From the NCBI GenBank assembly GCA_965235115.1, contig OZ249447.1, positions 15,004,001 through 15,068,000 of the forward strand: DNA of 64,000 bases, in the 5' to 3' direction. Of the stretch, positions 26,501-39,955 are shown one piece after another (position 1 is the stretch's first letter; every line of letters starts with the position of its first letter). Below the pieces are notes generated by a model, which was not told where the DNA came from, made no database searches, and saw only the letters and a program-made list of their open reading frames with translations. Made by a program: the position numbers and the translations under genes. The DNA comes from Laetmonice hystrix. Its lineage: Eukaryota.

Positions 26501-29500
26501 TAGACCGATGTGAGTGACGTATGTTGGACTAGATGGGACCAATGTGAGTGAGGTATGTTGGACCGGTTTAGACCAATGTGAGTGACGTTTGTTGGACTGG
26601 ATGGGACCAATGTGAGTGCCGTATGTTGGGCTGTTTGGGACCAATGTGAGTGACGTTTGTTGGGCTGTTTGGGACCAATGTGAATGACGTATGTTGGACA
26701 GTTTGGGACCTATGTGAGTGACATATGTTGGACCGGTTAGGACAGTGCTGACCGGTGTGAGTTACATACCTGTGTCTGTAGGTCGTCGACCCGCTGGAAG
26801 GCGTCCAGTTTGAGGGCCCGCTCGTGGATAACCTGTTTCTTCATGGCAGTCACATCCTTGCGGATTTTGTCGGTCATGATCTGGTGCAGTTTACGACCTT
26901 TGTCCTGCTCCTCGGTCATCAGCTTCATCTTCAGCCCTTTCTCGTCCAACTCTTCCAGCTTACAATCACATCAAAAACTCAGGTTTCACCAGTAGCTGTA
27001 TTAAATGTTATTCACCCATTGCAACATTCTCAAGAAATTGGGTGTAGGAGGCATTGCGTCAGGGATAGGGGAGGCCTCGGTTAGGGTCAGTGACAGGGGT
27101 AGGAGTTTGACTTCTTCTTATCAAATTGCAAGATTTCACCATATTATACCATATTAGAGTGACATCAGTACTCGTAGCCATAGAGACATCAGCACCGAGT
27201 GAACTGTGGAAACATTTGGAATCCTCAGGCGTAAACCCTGGCAGCAGAAAAAGAACCTGTGGATCGATTCCAGCTTTTTACCACAGTTAAAGAGTTCAGC
27301 CACGTTAAATATTGAATGGAAAACCTGGCATCCTTAATACAGGTAGATATCTAACGATGTTCTGTGAATAAGTACAGATATTCTGGTAACTTCACTTAGT
27401 GCCTTAAAATATAATAGTGTTATCAATAACCTGACAAGCTACCCATGTCAACGATGCACCTACGGTTCCAGGCGACCAATTCTCCAAGCATCTGTCTGTA
27501 TCTTTTTTTTATCTTATCAAGTACATGTACATGTAATATGTAGGAGGTGGGGGTAATTTATTGTTGAACGTTTTAAGAATGACGTATTTTCTAGGGTCTA
27601 TATATAATATGCCTCCCCCAATGTATTATTGCCTATTAGAATATTCACGGGACAATTTTGGTAGTCACCGTTTGTAACCTTATTTGTGTTTATCCAAACT
27701 TAACATTGAGAAGCTCATCTTATTTGTATCAAGCACTTAGCCTTTGCTCCTAATAAAGACAATGTATTACATTGTCACAGAGACCTTTATTTCAGATATC
27801 CCTATCTTGTAAAAGCTAAATACAGCTACAGCTCTGCATTATCAAGTTAGCTCTATCGTATGAGTTAGTCATTTCAATTATCACCCTTACATCTTTAAGG
27901 ATTCCGTCTTCTTGCTGAAATGGCTGAAGCTACAAGATTCAAACAAATTGATTCAGTATACGAACCTTTGACACTCACAATGTCCAGCACAGTGAATGGT
28001 TAAAGTAAATTTTGGGTTAATATTCCACTCAAGTTGTAGAAAAACTTGCAGAGAACTTCTCGAATTACATTAAGTTCTCATGCAATCAAGCACGTTCAAA
28101 ATAAACATGTCGATCGTGAATAGAAACTTTTCCAGGCAGAAACTCACCATTTTCTCCACGTTTGCTTTTCGTGCCTCTTCCAATTGCTTTTGACTCTGAG
28201 CTTTCTGCTGCGCTGCATGAGATTTCTCTTTCTTGGCTTTGAGCTGGAATTGGAGATAAAACCTAAGAAAAACAAAGATTCCAAACCGAGAAGCACCACT
28301 TTTCCCTTTTGAAAAGGATCTTTAAATGTGTTTTCTCGACCACACTCATGTTTACCTTTTTTTCTGCAAATTAGATCCTGGCGTAATGAACGGCGAACAC
28401 CTTCACACATGCCTATTATCTGCACCTGTGCACTGATCGACTAAGCCCCGTTATTCTTATATCAGTAATACATGTATTATGGTATTGACATACCACGTTG
28501 TATTGGGTACAGTTTATGACAATTTTACCACTTTTGACTTCAATTTGTATGACACAATTTCGTGGTCTACTAAATGGATTAAATAAGTGACATTGCAAAC
28601 TCTGAACACATTACGAACAGGTGCTTCAGTAAGGTGGCACGGCTGTGCGATGTCACCCAATGAAGCACATAAAGACACAATAAGGAACATATAAGTATAA
28701 CTGTGAACGTACAATATATCTAACTTACATCAGTCTTCTCTCCACATTCCTCTATACTCTCCCTCTGTGAGGAAAACTTAAATGTCACCTTCCGAGAAAA
28801 CTTTTGTTTCTGGAAGACTTGTGTGTGAAAATGGTTCTAGTACTTGGTGAATGAATTCAAAATGTTGGAAACTCACGTTCACTTTTCTCTGCATAGTTTG
28901 ATATTGCAGATAAAGAAAATGACAATTCTTTTTTCAATCAACACCAGACTATTACCTTAAGGACAAGTGCCAGTGTGAGGCCAAAAATATTTTTGAGACA
29001 GATTTTTTTAACCAAGTTGTCATAATGGTGTTATGACAAATAGAAGTGGTAAACAAAATTTTTAAAACATGTTTGACTTTGAACATTTTCACTGTGGTGT
29101 AAATGAGCAAACACTGTATTAACATGACGAACATACCAATTTCAAATGCTCTTAACAAAAAAAACTAACCCGGAGAGTATCATTTTTTTGCTGAATTTTG
29201 AAAGAGGAGAACATACCCTGTTTATCTGCAAATTTTTAAAAAAATCTGTCTCGAAAATTTATTTGGCCTCACACTAGTACTTGCCCTTGACTTGTCCCCA
29301 CATTAGTCAAATTTCTGTCTCTCACCTCTTTCTCGAGCTCCTTTTTAACCTGCCTCGCTTCTGTCTCAGACAGACGGAGCGCGTTCCTCAGAGCCACCAG
29401 TTGTTGCCGTAGTAACACCACCTCCTGACGAGCCAGCATCTTCAGTTCGTTATGCTCTTTTTTCAATTTTTCAGAATCATATCGAAGTTCAGCAACCTAG

Positions 29501-32500
29501 AGGGAATAAGGTTAAATTTAGCTTCTTCTACCTTTCTTTTTATGTTTTTTCCCCCAGTTTTTATTCTCATAATTACAGCTTTAGTGTAGCCCCTAAAATT
29601 TAATTTAATTATTTCAAAGAATTTCCTTTACCTGTTTGGCGCCACTGATCTGGTTGTGAGTTTGCTTCCACCGGTTCATGACTGTCAGTTTGGTGACGAG
29701 AACATTGAGGTCATGGTTTTGGTTCCGTATCTGGTGCATCTGCTCTGAATGCTTCTGAATATACTGGGCCTCATCGTCATCTGTAAGAAAGGTAGTGGTA
29801 AGTTAATTATCCTCTAACATCCATAGCAGAAAGCTATGTTATCTGTCCTTAATCTGGCACGTTCCCTTTCCTAATTTAGGCTTATTCACTCATTCTTATT
29901 TTTCCTGAGGTGAGGCAAGCAATTTGATAGTTAACTTCTAGGACTGTATCCTACTGGTTTGAAAACAAATAGGTATTTTCGTGAGCAGTCAAGTCCTGGG
30001 GACCGTTTCACTAAACACTCGTATTTTACGAGCTTGTATTTTCTATAGATCATAATAGCAAAATGTACGAGTTTTTTTCTTGTTTACGAGCTATAAGGCC
30101 ATATACGAGCTCGTACAGTCTTAGTGAAATGAGCCCCTGATCTCTCACCGACCTTTCTGTCTTCCAGCTTTCTGTTGAACACGGGCCATGGCCTCAGACG
30201 CCTCAAAACGTGCGTCTTCAATCTTATCCATCACGTCCTTATGTAGAGTATCCCTTAAAAATATTTACACATCTCAACCCTGGTTTCTAATAAATAACAG
30301 GACTAATCCTCAGAGAGCTTATCCTTGCAGAATTTGCCGGTCCTATCGTTATAACGGACTACATGCAAGTAAATAAAGGCACTCACTGCAGCCAAAAACG
30401 GTGGGGCGTCTTGGAGAGAAAAGATGTAAAAAAATCAACGTCTGCTCTGAACTTACTTGAACTCATCAAACTTCTTTTTGAGATCGAAGGTGGACGTGAA
30501 GAGGTTATGGACAAGGCCGTTGTAGTCGTCCTTGATGCGCTGCCTGAGGTGCCACTCCTGACTGAGTGTGTGCTCCCTCATCTCAGCCACCTTGGCCCTC
30601 AGAGCTGTCACCTCCATCAACAAGTCCTGGGAACGGTCTGCCAGCTGGCACTGGACCTCCACCTCCACGTTATTCCGAGCTGCCGCCAACTGGTCTCGGA
30701 GCTGCTTAACCTCCTGTAGGAAAGGGTCACAACATCAGCAAATACCCAACACCACATCCAACATCAGCAAATGTCCAACACCAGCAAACATCCAAAGAGG
30801 CGACTTTAGGCTCTCAACAGAATCTACTTGAATAATGTGCTATTTATTTCACAGGCTTTGAATGACGGTACAAGTAAAATTAATTAATTCATGAAATAAA
30901 CTTATAAATATCAAAAGGCTAAACAATGATATGCACTTTACGTCAAAAAAACTCAGATGCTCAAAGACATTAAAATATCTATTTGCCACAAAGGTACCAT
31001 TATGTAGCCCCCATTGCAGCTATTCTAGTGCTACCACTTTCAGAGCTTCTAACCTAGCCATATCTGATTAAACAGAATGCAGTCAAAGAATAAAAACGTT
31101 TCGCATGCTTAAGTGCATGCGGTATTCATACACCATAACACCAATTCCCATTGATTATAGAGGACATTCAAAGGTACCGTTACACACTGAAGTACTAAAA
31201 ACAGCAGTCAAAAATTGAAAAAGGTAATTGCATGCAATGAATAACCACCTCCCACAAAATATGGTCGTTCTTTTGAACTCATACAGGCAATTAAAAGTAC
31301 AGTATACAAAATTACTACACAACAATGAGATAGGACAAAGAGCAAAGTTTTGCAGACGAAAATGCAGCAAGATTTCGTGAAATACCTAGAAACGTACCAT
31401 CATTAAAAATATCTTACCCTGTCACCTGATATATTAGAATAAAACACATCAGTTGTTTCATCATTTGTATGTCAGAATAGATTTTCCCTTCACAGGTTTA
31501 CACGGGTTTGTGACCAAGGTTTTACTAACTCACTCACAACATTACATGACAGACCATAAACATTTGATCCGTTATGGAAAGATTTGACTTAAAGGGATCA
31601 CCAGAGATAACCTGTCCTGTCTGCACAGAAATATATCATATTACAACGTTCTGCCTCAATATGTGTTGATTTTCTAACAATAGCGAAACTGGACGTGCCA
31701 TTTTTGCTTGGATGGTGAAAAATACAATCACGATTTACCCCGGATGGTTGACATTCTTGCCCACAAGCACCTGTCTGATTAAACGGTGAAATCGACCAAA
31801 ACTTCATTGCCATCTGGTTGTCGGTGTCGGTATATGCAAAGGTCGGCGATATTCTACCATTACCAAACATGATTGGCATCTGGTCTGAGATGAATTTGCA
31901 AACATGCAGGTAGATGTATATCGGAAAGAGTCGGAATCTTTCTAACATAAGATGTACATTTGTTGTACCCGGGTAGTTGGATCCCTTTAATCTAAGCAAC
32001 ATACCTGCTGTCGACTGTATAGCAGCTGATGGTGATTGCGAAGTAGGTTTTCATAATACATGCTGTAGCTAGTAAGAAGAAAAAAACACAATATGAGAAA
32101 TTCAATATTAGCAGGAAGGGGTAGGGCCTGTTCTTATTTTCTTAAGTGCGAGTCACGTCCACAATCAATCTATTTCTGTAGTAGGAGGAAAACTATAACA
32201 TTATTCCCCAATGATCCTAGACAAAATTTGAATTCTCTCTTCAATCCATTTGTGCCACCATACAGGAGATTTATTGGGTTATTTACCTCTCGTAGTTTTG
32301 TTTTTCCCGTGCCATGACCTCCGACGCCAGGTATGACAGACAAGAATTAAGATGATCGTGGGAAAACGTGACGCTCGTGTCTGACTCCTGGGCAGTAGAC
32401 ATAAGCTGAGAGATGAAGTCCTCAGCAATATGGGGTTTGTTGATGGTGAAGCTCTCCCGGATACTCTGCACAAAATGTCAAACCTCTTTCAAGTTAGCAT

Positions 32501-35500
32501 GTTAGAAATGCATTCTTCTAATTCACTTATTTCTCCTCGATTCATTTGAAATATATATTTTACACAAATGACTTAAATGTGTGCCTTTCATAACATTTGA
32601 GTCTCTATCTTTAAAACATTTTCAAAAACATAACATAATGTTCTTGCCACGCTTGCAGGCTAAAAATCCAGGTTATTTGAATCCAATGGTTTTACCGGTC
32701 TTTTCCAGAGGTCGGTTGGCAGAGCTGATTCTTCCCGAGCTCGCTCCGTGATTACCAAGTTGAGCTCCTTCATCAACTTCTTCCTGACCTCCATTATCAT
32801 GTGACAGTCTATGCTCTCAAGGAGCTTCACGAGCTGCTCAAACAAGGGGAAAAAAAGATTTTCTAGGCTGACACCTTTGGGGGAATATCTAGTATCCCTA
32901 AAAGGTTTTGAGCAGTTTCTGCTTTGCATATTTCTCTAAAACCAAACTTTATTAACATTTTACCACTTGAATTTATATAGAACAGTAGTTAATTTCTTCA
33001 AAATACTGTCTTTAGCAAGAAGGTACCAGTTTCTTCATCTCCCAAGTCAACCATGGAGGACCGAGTGTAGGTGTTTACCTGTCGGAGTCTGACTTCATAC
33101 TCTGGGGCTCCTTTAGGAATAACGAGAGGTTCATTGTCTGATACCATTCCTTCATACAGATCAGCCTGACCGTAACGTCGTGCGACGCTCGACAACACAG
33201 GAAACAGCACTTCTCTCTTGTACTCCTTACTGTCACAATAACACAGACAATCAACAAACAACACACAATTTTACAAACCCTTAATCTTAATCATATAGTT
33301 TGCTGTTTGCTTTTTTAAATCTCCACTAAATATTCTTGAAACAGTGATCCGTACCAGAATTTTTTATACAGACTGGGAGTACCGATCGCGGGAACCTGCA
33401 GCCGCTGACATCCCCAGGTGTACTTCATTATCTCCAGCCGTTTCCATAGCAACAGGAACGATTTCAGCACCTTGTAGGCTTCGATTGGTTTCTCTGTCCT
33501 TGACAATGGTTTCTTGGGTCCTGGAGAAACGGTGTTGTTACTTCAAAACTGGTCACAACATCTTGAAATTAACTCAGCTAGGAAATCAAAGGCTACGTTT
33601 AAAATAAAGTCCCATTTAGTCTAGTGTTTTAAACGTTGAAAAAATGTCACAGGAGGGTTTTAACTTTATCAAAAAGTACAACTAAAAAGTTCCTGTTATC
33701 AAGTACCTCTACGGCCGTCTGTTGAGCTGGGTGGACGTGACGACGGAGCTCGACTGAGTTGTGAGATGGGCCGTGCAGGGGACGCTGCTGGTGGGACAGC
33801 ACTGATGACGTCATCGTGGGGCTGAGGTTCGGCGTCCTCCATGACGACAGCACGGTCTTGCTGGCCCATCGTCAGGACGTCTTCCATCAGCAGAGATACT
33901 CCCAGGATCTCACCGTTAGCAACGTGCCTGACAGCAGCAAATGATAACGTTCTAATACAAGATAACAAATCCACAAACAAACAAAAAACACATTTTATCA
34001 CTGGCTAGTCAGATTGCAGATATTGCAGATATTGCACTGCATAAATGTTCCAACCACACAACCTCTGTAAAAATTTGGTATATAATCAACCTGCTATTTG
34101 GTTGCAGACTTACCTGTCGACTTCCTTCAGTCCTGCTATACACAACTGGAGTGCATCCTCAATATTTGACCACTGCCAAAAATGCACTGGGAATGGACCA
34201 TGCCTAAAAAAAAAGAAAATTCCTCATCAAAAAAAAAATTTTGAATTTTTTCTTATTTAAACTTAGTTTATCAACTCTTATCAAAGAAACATATTGACAT
34301 CGTTTCCACCGTACCTGTTGATGAACGATCTCCATGGAAACAGAAGTCTGGCCTCAGGATCCCGTGCCTCCAATGGTTGCGGGACTGTCAGGTAGAGGGC
34401 GCTCAAACTCTCCTTTTGTGTATTACTCAGGAAATCCAGGGCAAAGTGCATGCACTGCGAGACGGCCTGTGGGACACGATAAACACCAGAAATCCATTTC
34501 AGTTTACTGTTTACCATTTTTCCTTTCAGTATTGCCAACTGAATATTACATAAATCTGGCCATTTCTACCTCCCTCTATTAGATACGATAACTTTATATA
34601 TTCACCTATAAATCCTCATTTATAAGGCTGTTTTTCTTTACTGGATGACTGAATCCTAGGAATTGACAGATTTGTTGATGCATTTTAAAAGGGGATTTTT
34701 GACCTTAAAGGCAGGAAGGTTACTGGTGGCCAGGAAAGTGTCCCTCATCGCATGCCTCACAGCGGCGTCAAACTCCAGAAACATGACGTCACGTCGTAAC
34801 ATCAGGAACTGACACACCTGCTCAGGGTTGGTGCGATCGTTAAGGTGGTCCATCTGTTTCTGAATCTCCCGAAGGTCAGCACCTGAGTCAAAGATCTATG
34901 AATGATTCATCGGTCTTTGCCTGAGTGTAATAAATCGCCAGGATCACTTGCTGCCATTACAGGTGTGAAGATTTTTTGTATTTCTTTTTTCTTTTTGATT
35001 CCGACTACAGTCTACAACTGCTCTTTATATATCCGTACGGAGTCCTTTTTGAATCAAGAAGCAGGAAGTATTATCGAACGTTAGAATAAACTTATTTGAA
35101 ACAAAAGACTAGGCCTATTGTCTCATGCCAACAAAGATGATGCAAAACTGAACCCGACTAGTTTTCAGCCCAGATTTAACACCATACCCACAACCTTGGC
35201 CAGACTGATTTTCTGTTTATACTAACCAACGCCTTCTGTTCCTCCCCAGTCTGCCGATACAAACTCGACTCTCTGTGAGCCGAGCCGAGCGTGAGCACTG
35301 CCGAGTCGGGAATGAGCACACAAGTACTGTACGATATCATGCAGGGCTGACACAATCTTCAGCTGGTACTGTAGAGCCCGCCGACATGACGCGTCATCCA
35401 ATGTCTTGAACATCACGAGCAGTTCCGAGTGATGCGGGATGAACCAGACATTCAGAACAAAGTGTCCGTCATCTGTCAGAACCCGACGGGGACGTTTTCT

Positions 35501-37778
35501 CAATACCCTGTTCACACCAAAATCATCAATTAGTACTGTAACAATGTATCAATACTTCAACCAAAGCTCCTGTAACATTGCTTCTATAGGGTGAATGAAC
35601 GATATCCAAGTGTACAAGTGTACAAAGTACAATTCACATTGTACAAGGTACAATTCGCATTGTACAAGGTACAATTCGCATTGTACAAGGTACGATTCGC
35701 ATTGTACAAGGTACGATTCGCATTGTACAAGGTACGATTCGCATTGTACAAGGTACGATTCGCATTGTACAAGGTACGATTCGCATTGTACAAGGTACGA
35801 TTCGCATTGTACAAGGTACGATTCGCATTGTACAAGGTACGATTCGCATTGTACAAGGTACGATTCGCATTGCCACCAAGGACGGACACAGTCTCATCTT
35901 TAACAGGGCATGCCACACGGGACATGCTACTACATGTTCTGCTTTTCAAAGATCTCTCCCAGTGAAAAAAGAAACTACACTCCAAGGAACGAAAAAAGGG
36001 GAGACTCATGGAACCAAAGAACAAGAAAAGGCTCTGTGGCTTCCTTAAGAATACCAAAAGAAAACTTGGCATACTGTCCACCATCGTGTCTCTATATCCG
36101 TGCTGTGTAGCATATGTTGTGTAGCATAATGTTGTGTAGCTTATGTTGTGTAGAGTGTGCGGTATATATAGAGCACGCATTGTGTCTGATTCCGCCACAC
36201 TTACCTTGTATGCCTGGGTAAATTGCTAAATAGCAAACAAATGTCTGGATTGTACAGATGGTTTTGAGTCATTTGAGTTACTCTCTTGGATACTTTGTGT
36301 GTAACCGTAAAATCTGACCCAGCGGGAAGTACAGTATACTGAGTGCCATTAGAGTACTCCACATATTCTTACCTGAACATTTCGCTGTTCATTTACAATG
36401 AGTTACCCACCCATTACATGCGAGTTACCGGTAACCAAAGCTGACAGGATGCATGCCCTGCATTAGTAGACCAAGGATAAGTTCTCACGAGCAGTGAGTC
36501 TGCTTCCACTGTATAATTGTAGACTCACCTTGCGTCAGCCTCCAGTCCTTTGAGAGAGTCCTGGTTACTTTTCTTCTCATTCGGATCCCCCACCAGGAAG
36601 TAGGTCTCTCTGGTGGCAGGAGCATCAAGTTCATGTAATGTTCACAATCATATATCAACTCTGAGGAGTAATTTACTCAATTCTCTATTAACTTGTGACA
36701 ATAAAACTTTACACTCAGTTGGACATAAATACTACTTGAAAATATGGCCAAATATGACAGAAATCCCATTTAGTATAACCACAGAATAGGTAGATGTACA
36801 TATTCTGTGGTATAACCCTAAAAGGATTTCTGGTTCGGAAGCATAAGTTTCAAATTTCATGTATATTCAACGAATGGGATTCAAGTTCTGCTTGCTCCCA
36901 CAGGCTCATGATATTTAACTTGACTGATAGGTACAGGCCTTCAGATACATTTGATTTCCACCTTAAAATAGGAAGTTAATGCAATGTCCCATACTTAACA
37001 CTTGGGAAGTCATTAAGCAAGCCAAGAAGGGAGTTGTAGTATGCGATGATCTGAGACCGCAGTGCATACTGAGCCAGTCTCTGATTGGCTCGTTGGCAGT
37101 ACTCAAGGATCAACTTCCTAAAACACACCATGTAACACGACTTTTCATGACATAAACATTCAAAGAACATAACCGCTGACGTTCAAAGATTCTCAATGAT
37201 TGTTCTAAATTCTAAAAACATGTCACAGACAACCTATACATGGAGGTTCCATGTCGGAACAGGAAGGCTCTGTTACAAATATGATGCTGTTACCTTTTAA
37301 AGTTCTCCATTTCTTTTGCGTTTTTCAGCAAGGCCGCCATTGCTGTTTTCTTGTTGATGAATTCGTTGAGCATGAGATCACGACTAGGTCCCTAACAACA
37401 TAAAAAACATGTGATATAATAATTATGATATTATAATAACCCAGCTTCACAGGTTACACATAGTCTCATGACAATAACCAATGCAAATTCAGACTAATTA
37501 ATTTACTTTAATTCAGCTAATTAAGGAACTTGTTTTGTTACTAAACTTTATTTCTATCCACTATAACCACTACGCAATACAGATGACCGCCAGTAGAGCG
37601 CACCTTCTCAAGCTGCAGAGAGACGAACGCCTCAGGAGAGCGCGTCTGTTTGGGCGGGTAGCCTCCGCCCCGCCTGCCGGCTACCGGTGACGTCATCTGG
37701 GTGGCAGACGACATCCCTGTTGTCGCAGTCACTGAGCTCTTCTCGCTCTTTGTCTCAGTTGGACTGCCAGGACGTCCA
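23556..37778 (-). CDS. CCDC162: Large coiled-coil protein, probably CCDC162-like; 3' 24 exons (~1160 aa), 5' exons not in the window
   Basis: Phase-compatible GT-AG exons: 37604-37778, 37294-37391, 36995-37117, 36529-36609, 35227-35507, 34704-34882, 34315-34466, 34114-34203, 33707-33927, 33355-33520, 33079-33229, 32696-32833, 32287-32465, 32005-32068, 30457-30713, 30153-30253, 29632-29780, 29326-29496, 28148-28243, 26770-26958, 25770-25833, 25277-25339, 23919-24100 and 23556-23678 (stop TAG). Peptides include KRPRRVLTDDGHFVLNVWFIPH, SADWGGTEG, YSMYYENLLRNHHQLLY and HERALKLDAFQRVDDLQ. The gene itself is very well supported; the CCDC162 name is from memory and less certain. Confidence 0.7.
25999..26740. 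repeat. Minisatellite, 34-bp unit (TGTGAGTGACGTATGTTGGACTGGATGGGACCGA), about 22 copies
   Basis: Read directly; no unique spacers; intronic in the CCDC162-like gene; it produces the spurious repetitive ORFs in the track. Confidence 0.95.
29999..30136. mobile_element. Small Harbinger-like MITE
   Basis: Imperfect TIR GGGACCGTTTCACTAA / TTAGTGAAATGAGCCC, CTG direct repeats on both sides, internal TACGAG/CTCGTA motifs. Confidence 0.6.
35620..35872. repeat. Minisatellite, 21-bp unit (TGTACAAGGTACGATTCGCAT), about 12 copies
   Basis: Read directly; intronic. Confidence 0.95.
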
Positions 37779-38057
37779 CTACAACATACAAAAGGAGAAT
37801 AACTTACGGAAATGTCAACTGTCCATATTTTTTTAATGATTGAGGGCACTGAAGTTTGGACGGGAAACAGCGTTGGGTATAAACCGGGCATGGGCAAGAA
37901 CAAAGATAAAAAATGATAGGATTCAATAATTTATTTTTTTACATATGTACAGTGTGCATAAATAATATTTACATCATCCAATTGCTTGGCATACAAAGCA
38001 CCGATGCAATGAGAGACTTCACAAGTTCGTATTCACACGCGGCCATAAGTTCAGGCT

Positions 38058-39134
38058 CTAATCTCTGGACTTCCTGGAGCCGGCAAACAGGATGGACTCG
38101 GACGACACGGTTCTCAGGCGCTGACGGTGGGCGGTGATCTCCTTGAAGGCCTTGGTGTTGCCCACCCTCTTGCGCTTGTTGGCGAACCACTTCTTGACCT
38201 GTTCCGAGGTGATGTCTCCTGCCTTGGCCATCACTTCAGCAGTGGACGGGCTCGGGTACGGGTGGTCCTCATTACGTTTGTACCACAGGTTCATGATCTT
38301 GACGGCGGTCGGGTTGAGGGCGGCGGACTTCCTCTTACGGGCCAGGACCTTCTGTGTTCCTGTTAGGGTCTGGGTCAAGTCCTCCAGGTCGGCACCGCTG
38401 CGTTCCTCTGGGCGTCTTTGGTGGCAGGAGAAGAGAAGGTGAAGGCTGCTCTCGACACGACTGACAAGGTGGTGCTGGAGGAGGTCGTAGTAACCATGGA
38501 TATTCTGGGACAACCACGGAGTGCTGACGGACTGATGGAGGCTCTTGTTGCGGTCCGTCTCGATCAGCGACGTCTGGTGGTCGTAGAAGTTGCGGAGCTG
38601 GTCCAGTTGTGACCTGTCGCCGACGGTTGATGCTGCACGGAGGAAGTTGTTGTGGAGACTGGGGGCACGGACCTGGAAGGACTCTGGGAAGGTGGTCGGG
38701 GTCGACATCAAGGTGAACGGTAGAGACGCCTGGTGACACTCGCTGTGGATAGCAATCTGTAGGTCCGGGAACATTGGGTGGGCGGCGATTCGCTGTACCT
38801 CAGGGTTGACGGAGTCAGGGATCTGGTAACTGTAGACATCCTGGATTCTGGTCTCAGTGTGGACGACGTCTGGTGGGAGTGGAGACAGAGGGCGGTACTG
38901 CAAGTGGAAGGACACGATGAGCACAAATATCGGAGAAATAATTTGGTCAATCCGCCAGACAAGTATATTGAACTCTTACTAACTCTAACTACACACTTCA
39001 AAATACATCAAGCTCTCTATAAGGAGATGAAGGGGTATTCGAGCCCCATAGCTTACCAAGGTCATAGGGTCAGGAAGATGAGTATCTTCTACCGTGAGGT
39101 CAAGGGTCAGGGCAGCGGGGCGTTTAGAAGTCAT
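38058..39134 (-). CDS. Divergent PBX-like TALE homeobox gene, type A copy 1 (2 exons, 305 aa)
   Basis: Exon 1 39057-39134 (MTSKRPAALTLDLTVEDTHLPDPMTL), intron 38898-39056 (GT-AG), exon 2 38058-38897. Homeodomain RKRKSAALNPTAVKIMNLWYKRNEDHPYPSPSTAEVMAKAGDITSEQVKKWFANKRKR has the TALE PYP loop and WFxNKR. Confidence 0.9.
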
Positions 39135-39955
39135 GGTGGACGTTGCCGAGTAGCTTGATAAGTCGCTTGATTCTGGAGATGTTGATAGCTCGAGTCTCGG
39201 ATGAGGTTTGGCTGACTCCTCTAGCTGGGCCTGTATATATACCGTCCCACCCCTCGGCTGGGGCTGAGTGCCGGGGCTGAGACCATCTTTGAGCTGCCCC
39301 TCGGTTCACACCTCGGCCCTTTGACCTATTGTGGGCCTCAGGAAGGGCGGCTTACTCGCTAACCTGTTTGAAGCCCACTTCAAAAGGAAGGTGTGACTCT
39401 CAGGTCCCAGTTTGCTCTTTCTCAAAAAGGGAGGTGTGAATGAGGTGTAAGCAGGCTTTGCAAACAATACTTTCCCGGATTGTGAACAACATCCGAATAT
39501 TACCTTACGCTCCGTTTATCTCTTATTTTTATTGTCGTATATTACGCGGACAATACACGGACAAGACATACCTTTTTGCTATAAATAATGTTTGATGTAA
39601 CGAAAATAAGGCCTCCTGTCTCCAGGAGACATAGTTTCTGTAACCAGCATGCTCTGCAGTAGATTATGCCATTCATAACTTTACATAATAACAGGGATTG
39701 AATTAAAAGGTTCTAAATGTTTTACACTGAAGTTGTTTTATGAAGATGCCCGTAAGGCATATAGCGGTAAGACTATTAACATTTCTACCAAAACGCGCGT
39801 ATAACCACTAAAACACAATCATTATCCCTAGCTCCAACCCTAACCCCCTAGATCTGACTATCAGATCTCCTCCAACCCCCCAACCCCCCGCCCTAAGTTT
39901 GTGTTCCCAATGGGGATCAGCCGATAAGCACGCAGCACAAAGTCGGAAGAGAAAA

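Noticed and set aside
25941-26740. Long repetitive ORFs and a CRISPR-like periodic array
   Set aside because: This is a head-to-tail 34-bp minisatellite with no unique spacers, inside an intron of a eukaryotic gene; the ORFs are translation artefacts.
31598-32002. 134-aa minus-strand ORF in a host intron
   Set aside because: No homology recognised and not phase-compatible with the flanking exons, which join directly.
33440-33453. Perfect X-box GTTTCCATAGCAAC
   Set aside because: It lies within a coding exon (encodes LLWK on the minus strand) and is explained by codon usage without other support.
35584-36198. ORFs with NRTLYNA / YKVRFAL / CTRYDSH repeats
   Set aside because: These are translations of the intronic 21-bp minisatellite.
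38898-38924. ORF-track N-termini of the homeobox ORFs (38924, 42125, 43767, 55128, 58695, 61290)
   Set aside because: They use non-ATG starts or run through the type-A intron; better ATG starts with TATA boxes and splice sites were identified.
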